Shown here one piece after another: positions 25,955 through 33,077 of a stretch of 41,802 bases of DNA. Position numbers and translations under genes: made by a program. The stretch is from contig RECL01000165.1 in the NCBI GenBank assembly GCA_007694025.1, positions 1 through 41,802 on the forward strand. The letters run 5' to 3'. Every line of letters starts with the position of its first letter. Position 1 is the first letter of the stretch. The notes below the pieces were generated by a model that was not told the origin of the DNA, did no database searches, and worked only from the letters and a program-made list of their open reading frames with translations. Source of the stretch: Spirochaetaceae bacterium (GTDB lineage: Bacteria > Spirochaetota > Spirochaetia > DSM-27196 > SLST01).

Positions 25955-26947
25955 GTGAGAACCCGTCCAGAGGAAATGTTCAGTCCGGCGCTCCGAAACG
26001 ATCTGTGCGAGATCCTCTCCTCGTCGTTCACGTCCGACGGTATGGATGAGCTCGGCCGTCTGCTGTTCAGGCACTACAGCGGGCACCAGCTCGCCGGGGC
26101 CGATCGGCATGTAACGCTGTCGCGACCGCGCGCCGCGCAAACGCTCGTCGACCACGCCGAGGATCACGGTAAGCTCGCCGATCTGGTCCAGCTGATCGCC
26201 GAGCTCGACGGTCGGCAGTTCCTGGGCAAGACACTGAACGTCGACGCGATCGAGGTCTTCTTCAACGCGCTCGCACGCGTCGGGATCGTCTACGATCCGT
26301 CGCGCCGGCGGCTCTACCACTCGCGCGAAGAGATCGAACGACTGCGCAACTGGGGGAGCCTGCGCGACGACCGCGTCTACACGATCGCAGCGATGAGCGT
26401 CGATATCGTCGGGAACTCGCAGCTTGTTCGCACCCACGGATCGAAGAAGGTGGAGACGCTTTCGTACGAGCTCCTCGGCTTTCTGCAGCGCAAGCTCGAC
26501 GACTACGACGGGCGAGTCTGGAACTGGGCGGGTGACGGCGGTATGCTCGCGTTCACGTTCGCCGGATGCGCCGAGCGCGCGGTGATGTGCGGGATCGATA
26601 TACAGCGATCGATGCCGCTCTTTTCGCTGTCACCCGGGTACCCACTCCCCGATCAGGTGGCGCTGCGCGTCGGGATCGACACGGGTCCGGTCAAGTTCAG
26701 CAGCGATACCGGGCGGATCGTCTCCGACGTGCTCAATTACGCCGCGCACCTGGAGAAGGCCGCGACCGAGCCCGGGTGCGTGTCCATTTCCGGGAGGACG
26801 ATCGAGCTGTGCACTCCGAAACTCCTTGGGATCTTCGAACCGTCGGGCGACTATGAGGGGTACCCCTACAGGACGACGGCGCGGCTGGACTCGCTGTTTG
26901 GCGAAGCCGAAGGGTGTTCCGAACCCGAGCCGGTCGGCGCACGATAG
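25955..26947 (+). CDS. Class III nucleotidyl cyclase domain protein with N-terminal adaptor-like (effector-associated/Death-like) helical domain
   Basis: This is the C-terminal third of the 744-aa + ORF. The rest is antisense to the DUF482 gene. GTG 25955 lies 9 nt after TATAAT; the alternative ATG is at 25976. Cyclase motifs: metal Asp in MSVDIVGNS and WAGDGGMLAF, RVGIDTGPV, DVLNYAAHLEKA. The N-terminal ~110 aa (LCEILSSSF...ELGRLLFRHY...AQTLVDHAEDHGKLADLVQLIAE) resemble EAD-type adaptor domains. Confidence 0.7.
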   Translation: MRTRPEEMFSPALRNDLCEILSSSFTSDGMDELGRLLFRHYSGHQLAGADRHVTLSRPRAAQTLVDHAEDHGKLADLVQLIAELDGRQFLGKTLNVDAIEVFFNALARVGIVYDPSRRRLYHSREEIERLRNWGSLRDDRVYTIAAMSVDIVGNSQLVRTHGSKKVETLSYELLGFLQRKLDDYDGRVWNWAGDGGMLAFTFAGCAERAVMCGIDIQRSMPLFSLSPGYPLPDQVALRVGIDTGPVKFSSDTGRIVSDVLNYAAHLEKAATEPGCVSISGRTIELCTPKLLGIFEPSGDYEGYPYRTTARLDSLFGEAEGCSEPEPVGAR

Positions 26948-26960
26948 GCACGCCGCGCGC

Positions 26961-27275
26961 TCACTTGTCCGGCTCGTCGTCGGAGTCGTCGGAGTCGTCG
27001 ATCACGCGGAAGTCGCGCACAACGCCCTTCTCCTGAGGAGTCGCGTCCTTTATCTCCTCGATCAGCGTGACGGTCTGGAACGGGATCATCAGGTGGTCGG
27101 CGCGGCCGAAGGTGCGTCGGACCTCGTCCTCCGACGGATCGATGATGAGTTTCTTGCCGTCCGGGAACACGAGCCCCGTGATCGACACGAAGTAGGGGTG
27201 CGTCAGGTCGAGCCCGGTCGCGCGTAGCGTGAGATCCTTTTCCTTCCACTTGAAGTGGACTCTGTAGAGTGACAC
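26961..27275 (-). CDS. DUF1820-like small protein with acidic C-terminal tail
   Basis: 104 aa. YRVHF...DPSEDEVRRTFG...IPFQTVTLIEEI pattern resembles DUF1820. C-terminal tail DDSDDSDDEPDK. SD GAGGCGAGGAAG upstream. Confidence 0.5.
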   Translation of the reverse strand: MSLYRVHFKWKEKDLTLRATGLDLTHPYFVSITGLVFPDGKKLIIDPSEDEVRRTFGRADHLMIPFQTVTLIEEIKDATPQEKGVVRDFRVIDDSDDSDDEPDK

Positions 27276-27292
27276 TGCTTCCTCGCCTCTGG

Positions 27293-28681
27293 TCAGGTGG
27301 CCAGTCTGAGGTCGACCACGTTCTCAATATGGAATGTCTGCGGAAACATATCAACCGGCTGGATCCGCGCGATGTAGAACGCCGATAGCAGTCGCTTCAG
27401 GTCTCGCGCCTGTGTCGCCGGTTTACAGCTCACGTAGATCACCTGTCGCGGGCGCATCCTGATGAGCGCCTCGACGACGTCGGGGTGCATGCCGGCGCGT
27501 GGCGGGTCGATCACGGCGATGTCCGGCCGTGGCAGTCCGGACAGCAGAGCGCGCACGTCCCCGGCGTGGAACTCGGTGTTCGTGAAGCCGTTACGATCAG
27601 CATTCTCGCGTGCGCCGGCAACAGCGTCGGCGACGCTTTCCACGCCGATTACCCGACCGACGCGGTCTGCCAGAAAGAGCCCGATGCTCCCGATCCCGCA
27701 GTAGAGGTCGAGCAGCGTCTGTGATCCGTCTGTAATAGCCCAGTCGCGGACGACGCCGTAGAGCCGCTCGGCCTGCGACGAGTTCGTCTGGAAGAAGCTC
27801 TTCGGATGGATGGTGAGCGACAGCGGACCGCACCGTTCGCTGATCGTTTCGGTGCCGAACGCGTGGTGCACAGGGTGCGGCGCGCTGTCGTCATTCTGCG
27901 TGGTATTGACAAGATAGAACGCCGATGAGATGCGCGGGACCGCGTCGCGGAGCTCGCGCAGGAACGACTCGGCGACGTCGGGTCGCTCTTCTGCGATCGC
28001 GAGGATCACCATGACTTCGCCGTCTCGGGTCGTTCGAACCGTCAGACCGCGAAGCAGCCCGCTATGCTCACGCGGATCGTGGAACGAGTAGTCGTGCCGC
28101 AGCGCGATCTCACGCGCGGCTGTGCGAATCGCGTTCGACGGGTCGGGCTGCAGATAGCAGGTCCCTATATCGATGACCCGGTCAAATCGGCCCTTCACGT
28201 GGAATCCGAGCGCGCGCCGGTCGTCGACCGCGTCACCGCTGTCGATCTCGCTCGCTGAGAGCCACCGGGTAGGCGAAAAGCTGAACTCGAGCTTGTTGCG
28301 GTAGAGCCGGTCCGAATCGCATCCGATGATCGGAAGCGGCACCGGTTCGGTGATCCCACCGATCCGGCGGAGCACGTCGGCGACGAAGCGCCCCTTGTAG
28401 TCGAGCTGCTTCGGGTAGGGGAGGTACTGCCACGTACACCCGCCGCACTCGGCGAAGTGCGCGCAGAACGGCTCGATTCGGTCTGCCGAATCGATATGCC
28501 GCTCGGTCACGACGCCAAACGCGTGGTCGCGCTTTCTGCGCGTGATCCGCACGTCGACGACCTCGCCGGGAAGGACTCCTTCGACGAAGACGACCCGTCC
28601 TTCGGGCTTGATGATGCCGTTGCCGCCGTCCTCGACGTCGATCACGGTCTGATTCGAGTACTCTCTGAGCTTTGCCATCAT
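27293..28681 (-). CDS. rlmD: 23S rRNA (uracil-C5)-methyltransferase, RlmD/RumA family (TRAM + 4Fe-4S + SAM MTase)
   Basis: 462 aa. N-terminal TRAM-like domain, cluster cysteines CAHFAECGGCTWQ, SAM motif LLDLYCGIGSIG, catalytic YVSCKP. ATGA overlap with the nfo stop. Confidence 0.85.
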   Translation of the reverse strand: MMAKLREYSNQTVIDVEDGGNGIIKPEGRVVFVEGVLPGEVVDVRITRRKRDHAFGVVTERHIDSADRIEPFCAHFAECGGCTWQYLPYPKQLDYKGRFVADVLRRIGGITEPVPLPIIGCDSDRLYRNKLEFSFSPTRWLSASEIDSGDAVDDRRALGFHVKGRFDRVIDIGTCYLQPDPSNAIRTAAREIALRHDYSFHDPREHSGLLRGLTVRTTRDGEVMVILAIAEERPDVAESFLRELRDAVPRISSAFYLVNTTQNDDSAPHPVHHAFGTETISERCGPLSLTIHPKSFFQTNSSQAERLYGVVRDWAITDGSQTLLDLYCGIGSIGLFLADRVGRVIGVESVADAVAGARENADRNGFTNTEFHAGDVRALLSGLPRPDIAVIDPPRAGMHPDVVEALIRMRPRQVIYVSCKPATQARDLKRLLSAFYIARIQPVDMFPQTFHIENVVDLRLAT

Positions 28682-29598
28682 CCCTCGCTCTCTTGCGGCG
28701 CGATCGGCGGCGGCTCGGCCGATGCCACGTCGATTCTTCCTTCAGCGATGCCGCGCAGAAGCGCGATCTCTTGCGCCCAGATCTCCGGGTGATTGGTCTC
28801 GAGCACGAACGGTACGTCGGCCATCCGCTCATCGGTCACGAAGCGGGCAAGACCGGCAAGCCCGATCTGCCCCGCGCCGATCCGTTCGTGCCGGTCTTTG
28901 CGGCTCCCGCGTTCGACCATCGAGTCGTTGAGGTGTACGCCGACCAGCCGATCAAACCCGACGGTGCGCGCGAACGCGTCCATAGTCGCAGCGTACGCCT
29001 CGTCGCTACGAACGTCGTACCCGGCCGAATAGATGTGGCACGAGTCGATGCACACGCCGATTCGCTCGGGCGAGCCGGCTCGATCGATGATGTCGGCAAG
29101 GTGCTCGAAGCGGTACCCGACGTGATCGCCCTGTCCGGCCGTGGTCTCCAGAACCAGCACCGCACGCTCGGTCTGGTCGAGCACCTCACGCGCGACGGAG
29201 GCGATCAGGTCGATCGCGTCCGACTCTCCGATCTGCCCCAGTCCGCTTCCGGGGTGAAAGTTCACGAGCGTGAGCCCGAGCGTCTCTGCTCGACGACACT
29301 CGTCCAGAAGCGCTTCCGCCGACTTGGCGCGCTTTTCCGGATCGGGGTTCCCGGGGTTCAGCAGGTACGACGCGTGGATCACGACGTGGCGCTGGTCGAT
29401 CCCCGATCGCGTCAGGTTCGACCCGAACGCGGCAATCTCCTCGTCGGTGAGCGGTTTCGACTGCCACTGCCGCTGGTTCTTAGTGAACATGCCAATAGCG
29501 GTCGCGCCGAGTTCGATCGCGCGCTCTGGCGCGGTCTGTGGCCCTCCCGATATGCTGACGTGCGCGCCGATCCGCGAGACGCGCTGCTTCGTGCTCAT
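28678..29598 (-). CDS. nfo: Deoxyribonuclease IV (endonuclease IV)
   Basis: Start trimmed to ATG 29598 (MSTKQRVSRIGAHVSISGG). Motifs IHASYLLNPG, LVNFHPGS, VLETTAGQG, CIDSCHIYSAGYD, VHLNDS. ATGA overlap with the trmH stop. Confidence 0.85.
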   Translation of the reverse strand: MSTKQRVSRIGAHVSISGGPQTAPERAIELGATAIGMFTKNQRQWQSKPLTDEEIAAFGSNLTRSGIDQRHVVIHASYLLNPGNPDPEKRAKSAEALLDECRRAETLGLTLVNFHPGSGLGQIGESDAIDLIASVAREVLDQTERAVLVLETTAGQGDHVGYRFEHLADIIDRAGSPERIGVCIDSCHIYSAGYDVRSDEAYAATMDAFARTVGFDRLVGVHLNDSMVERGSRKDRHERIGAGQIGLAGLARFVTDERMADVPFVLETNHPEIWAQEIALLRGIAEGRIDVASAEPPPIAPQESEG

Positions 29599-30275
29599 TC
29601 GTAGCTCCTTGCGTGGAATCTCGCCTCGATCTGTTCGACGCGTGCAATGGTCGAGCGCAGCCATCCGAGCAGCAGGTCGCGCCGGTCATCCGGCGACAGA
29701 TGGTAATCGACCGTCGATGAGCGCAGCTGGTGCGTCAGATGATGGAGCGCTATCGCGACGCTGACCGAAATGTTGAAGCTCTCGACGAACCCGTACATCG
29801 GGATGATCAGGTGCTCGTCGGAGAGCGAGACGGCGGTGTCGGTGAGCCCGTCGAGCTCGGTGCCGAACAGCAGCGCGAACGGACCCGCGTCGATGTCGAA
29901 TCGCTCGAGCGTCGTCTGATTCGCGTGCGGCGACGTCGCGACGATCCGGTACCCCTGGTCGCGCAGGCGCGCGATCGCGCGCGGCGTGTTGTCGGGCTCA
30001 CCGCTGTAGCGGTGCAGCGTGAGCCACTGCGCGGTTCCAAGCTCCACCCCTGGGTTGAGCCGGTACGCGTTGCGGTTTTCGATGATGTGGACGTCCTGCA
30101 CGCCAAAGCAGTCGCACGTTCGCAGCACCGCGCTCGCGTTGTGCGGCTGGTAGATATCCTCGACAACAACGGTCGCGTAGCGGGTGCGTTCGGCGAGGAC
30201 CGCCTGCATCCGCTGCAGCCGCTGCTCGGTGACGAATCCCGCCAGGTAGTCGATCAGCGCGGTGACTCCGCTCAT
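29595..30275 (-). CDS. trmH: SpoU/TrmH family RNA 2'-O-methyltransferase
   Basis: Start trimmed to ATG 30275 (MSGVTALIDY...). Motifs QPHNASAVLRTCDCFGVQDVHII, LLFGTELDGL, IIPMYGFVESFNISVSVAIAL. ATGA overlap with the upstream stop. Confidence 0.8.
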   Translation of the reverse strand: MSGVTALIDYLAGFVTEQRLQRMQAVLAERTRYATVVVEDIYQPHNASAVLRTCDCFGVQDVHIIENRNAYRLNPGVELGTAQWLTLHRYSGEPDNTPRAIARLRDQGYRIVATSPHANQTTLERFDIDAGPFALLFGTELDGLTDTAVSLSDEHLIIPMYGFVESFNISVSVAIALHHLTHQLRSSTVDYHLSPDDRRDLLLGWLRSTIARVEQIEARFHARSYE

Positions 30276-32365
30276 CGCGCGACCTCGCGCGTCGCGGTGA
30301 CCTCGCGCATCGCGGTGACCTCGCGCGTCGCGGTGACCTCGCGCATCGCGGTGATCTCGTGGCCGTAGACACGGCACTCGCCCGGGCCGAGCGCCGGAAC
30401 GACGATTCGCGCCGTACGCGCGGGGGCGTCGGTCGGCGCTGACAGTCGCGGCGAAAGAGCCGCGCGGTCGGGGCCGGACGTCGGCGCGTCGGTTCGCGGT
30501 CCGATCGCGAACAGCAGAGTATCCGGCGCGACCTGGTCTGCCGGCCACGGGACGACTTCGTGGATCGGCGCGCCGGCTCCGCCGGGGTATCCGGGTACCG
30601 ACGCGGTGTTCGCCATGCACAGTAGCGGGTCCGGTCCGCCGCGCAGCATCCACGCGATCACGCGGTTTCCCGCGGTCGCGTCGGGCGGGAGGAGCCACTC
30701 GACTGCACCCGTGTCGTCAGCCGGAAGCAGTCGTGCCGCGGCATCGTGGATCGACGCCAGGCGGTCGTAGAGCGCGGTGTTGCGGCCGAACCGGTAGGGT
30801 CCCCTCGTTGCCTTCGGGCCGCGCTCCATGTGGAAGACGTAGAGCTTGGTGTAGCACTCGTTGGGCGCCGGAGTGTCGTGCCGGTCGCGTAGCTCGTAGC
30901 CGAGCGCGGTGTAGCTCGGCGAATCGACCAGGAACAGCGCGCAGAACGCGCGCAGCTCGTTCCCGAATCGGTAGAACGAGTCGAACCGTGGGTCGTCCTT
31001 GTCTCCGGTCATCACCGTGAAGCTCGGCCGGACCGCGCGCGTCGCGCCGATGTCGACCGCCCGGCGAAGGCGGGGAAGGAACGCGTCGTCGTCGACCGCC
31101 ACCGACTGCAGATCCCCCAATGTGACGTCGGCGCGGCACGCCTCCAGGTGATCGATCTCATCGCCGTACGCCATCGTTCCGGGTGGCGCCAGAAATCCTT
31201 CGGCGAAGTACGCGAACGATGCGCGCTCCTTGCCGATCCGTTCCTTGACGTAGCGTAGCGGGTCGTAGTAGCGATCGGTGTCTGCCGGAACGCCATCGGG
31301 TCGCATCTGGACGTGCGACATGTCGCCGCGCATAAAGTCGAATCCGTACGATGCGACGGTGTCGGCGACCATGTCGGCCAGGTAGTCGAACACCTCTGCG
31401 CGCGGCTTGCCGAAGTCCGGACCGGCGGCGTCGGTGCGCTCGTAGAACGAGTAGCGCGTGAGCGGCCCGAACGCACGCGACATCGGCGTGGGGTCGGTGA
31501 ACCGGTACTCGTGCCAGACGCGTCCGGCGGCGTCGACGGTCGTCTTCATCGGGTCGATCTCCAGCCCGCAGTACGGTGGGCCCATCGTCGCGGGCAGCGG
31601 CTCGAGTCCCTGTTCGTGCAGCCGCGATATCAGCGCGTCGCGTCGCTTGAGGCGCCCGACCGGGTTGTCCGGTTCGCCGAAGATGATCCGTCTTCGCTGC
31701 GTCTCTTGCATCGACCACAGATCGTCGCTTCCCGGAGCGGCTGCACATCCGTGCGCGCGAACGAGTTCTGCAATCTGCGCCTCAACGTCGCGCGCGACCG
31801 ACGGTGACCGGTCGACGATACGCTTCCCGCGGATACGGACCCAGTCAAAGAACGACGGGTTAGACAGCACGATCTCGCTGAACCGGTCGGTATGAGGAAT
31901 CACGTCGATGCCGACCGCGCGGTTCTGCAGATGAAGCAGCGCGACGGTGAGTCGAAGCTGACGCTCCGGTGTGTCGAACGCCGGGTACTCGCGTGCCAGC
32001 TCCGGATCGTGGAACTCGAACGCTACGTCACGGCTCGCGATGCCGTAGAGGCTTCCGACGACCCCGGGCTCCCAGATCGGCAGCAGGTGAACCGCGGTGT
32101 ACGTCGACGGAAGCGTCAGCGAGTAGTGGACAACGCGCCAGAACGATCCGACGGTGCGAACATTGATGCCGATCAGATTCGCCCGAGTGATCCATCGGGT
32201 AGACTCGTGCGCCGCTATCGGGCGCGGTACCGACAGCGGATCGGCCGTGCCGTTGAGAAGGTCGGCAAGCGGACGGCCGAGCCGGCTTTCAAGTCGGTCT
32301 ACGGCCTCACGCACCGGCAGCCGCAGCGCGTCGGGCGGCAGGAGGCGGGCACCGCTACGGCGCAA
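30272..32365 (-). CDS. Alpha-amylase-superfamily (GH13-like) protein of unknown specificity with C-terminal hexapeptide repeat
   Basis: 697 aa. TTG start at 32365 with GAGG 9 nt upstream. Blocks resembling GH13 conserved regions: AVHLLPIWEPG, GIDVIPHTD (region I-like), GFDFMRGDMSHV (region II-like, candidate nucleophile Asp), YFAEGFL (region III-like Glu). C-terminus EITAMREVTATREVTAMREVTATREVAR. Confidence 0.5.
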   Translation of the reverse strand: MRRSGARLLPPDALRLPVREAVDRLESRLGRPLADLLNGTADPLSVPRPIAAHESTRWITRANLIGINVRTVGSFWRVVHYSLTLPSTYTAVHLLPIWEPGVVGSLYGIASRDVAFEFHDPELAREYPAFDTPERQLRLTVALLHLQNRAVGIDVIPHTDRFSEIVLSNPSFFDWVRIRGKRIVDRSPSVARDVEAQIAELVRAHGCAAAPGSDDLWSMQETQRRRIIFGEPDNPVGRLKRRDALISRLHEQGLEPLPATMGPPYCGLEIDPMKTTVDAAGRVWHEYRFTDPTPMSRAFGPLTRYSFYERTDAAGPDFGKPRAEVFDYLADMVADTVASYGFDFMRGDMSHVQMRPDGVPADTDRYYDPLRYVKERIGKERASFAYFAEGFLAPPGTMAYGDEIDHLEACRADVTLGDLQSVAVDDDAFLPRLRRAVDIGATRAVRPSFTVMTGDKDDPRFDSFYRFGNELRAFCALFLVDSPSYTALGYELRDRHDTPAPNECYTKLYVFHMERGPKATRGPYRFGRNTALYDRLASIHDAAARLLPADDTGAVEWLLPPDATAGNRVIAWMLRGGPDPLLCMANTASVPGYPGGAGAPIHEVVPWPADQVAPDTLLFAIGPRTDAPTSGPDRAALSPRLSAPTDAPARTARIVVPALGPGECRVYGHEITAMREVTATREVTAMREVTATREVAR
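30273..30360 (-). repeat. Tandem 18-nt repeat (about 4.9 copies, alternating ...GCGT/...GCAT variants, i.e. a 36-nt higher-order unit)
   Basis: GACCTCGCGC[G/A]TCGCGGT begins at 30281, 30299, 30317 and 30335, with a decayed copy at 30353. On the minus strand it encodes REVTAT/REVTAM hexapeptides at the extreme C-terminus of the 697-aa protein and covers the trmH SD/ATG. Confidence 0.9.
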
Positions 32366-32999
32366 CGAACCTGACCTCGTACTCTTCGGTGATGATGATG
32401 TCGGCCATCGATTTGTGGCTCGAGATGATTCCGTGCTCGATCTCCAGGACTCGCTCCAGGAACGGCTCGATCGGCTCGCGTGCGCGGCGCCTGCGGCTTT
32501 CGAGCGTCTGGAGGCGGTTGCGGTCGATGAACACGCGGCAATCGACGTCCGTGAGCAAGGTCGTGTACGTGCCTTCTGCGACGAACACGTCGTACCCGCG
32601 GAGGTCGACCACCTCCGAATCGATCGCGTCGCGCTCGTAATCTACAAGCGGTTTGGCCAGTCGCCGCTCGCGCCGGTGTGCCGCCGCGATGTGTTCGTCC
32701 AGGAGATTGAGGCGGACCTCATCGGTGCCGACCCATGAGATGTCGTCACGACGGCGGCTGTCGTTCGACTTTGGCGGCAGCACGAAGTAGTCGTCCTGCT
32801 GGAACACGAACGCGCGCTTGCCGTTGCGCTCGAGCTCCTCAGCGATCGCCTTACCGGTCTCCGACTTGCCGCTTCCGCTCTCACCGGCAACGGTGATCAC
32901 GTACGCGCGTTCGGCGGCGATCTGCGGCAGCAGCCGGGCGACGATCTGCCGGGCGGCGTCGCGATGGTGCGGTTCAACGATGATGATGTCGCCCTTCAT
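32355..32999 (-). CDS. P-loop kinase of the uridine kinase/phosphoribulokinase-like family
   Basis: Start trimmed to ATG 32999 (MKGDIIIVEPHH...), with TATTAT at 33011-33006 six nt upstream. Walker A GESGSGKSE, followed by FVFQQDDYF. Its 3' end overlaps the next gene by 11 nt. Confidence 0.6.
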   Translation of the reverse strand: MKGDIIIVEPHHRDAARQIVARLLPQIAAERAYVITVAGESGSGKSETGKAIAEELERNGKRAFVFQQDDYFVLPPKSNDSRRRDDISWVGTDEVRLNLLDEHIAAAHRRERRLAKPLVDYERDAIDSEVVDLRGYDVFVAEGTYTTLLTDVDCRVFIDRNRLQTLESRRRRAREPIEPFLERVLEIEHGIISSHKSMADIIITEEYEVRFVAP

Positions 33000-33005
33000 G
33001 ACTCC

Positions 33006-33069
33006 ATAATAGTGGCTGCCCACGCGCGTGTGAACCGGGCCTGATACACGGTCCGAGTTTTGGTATAGT
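33006..33069. promoter_or_regulatory. Divergent leaderless promoters: minus TATTAT (33011-33006) and plus TG-extended TATAGT (33064-33069)
   Basis: -10 boxes lie 6 nt and 8 nt from ATG 32999 and ATG 33078 respectively. Confidence 0.5.
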
Positions 33070-33077
33070 GTCGACCA

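Noticed and set aside
30273-30360. Possibility that the tandem repeat is a CRISPR array or minisatellite-type mobile element
   Set aside because: The units are 18 nt and directly abutting with no spacers. They lie wholly inside a coding region and keep its frame. No cas genes are present.
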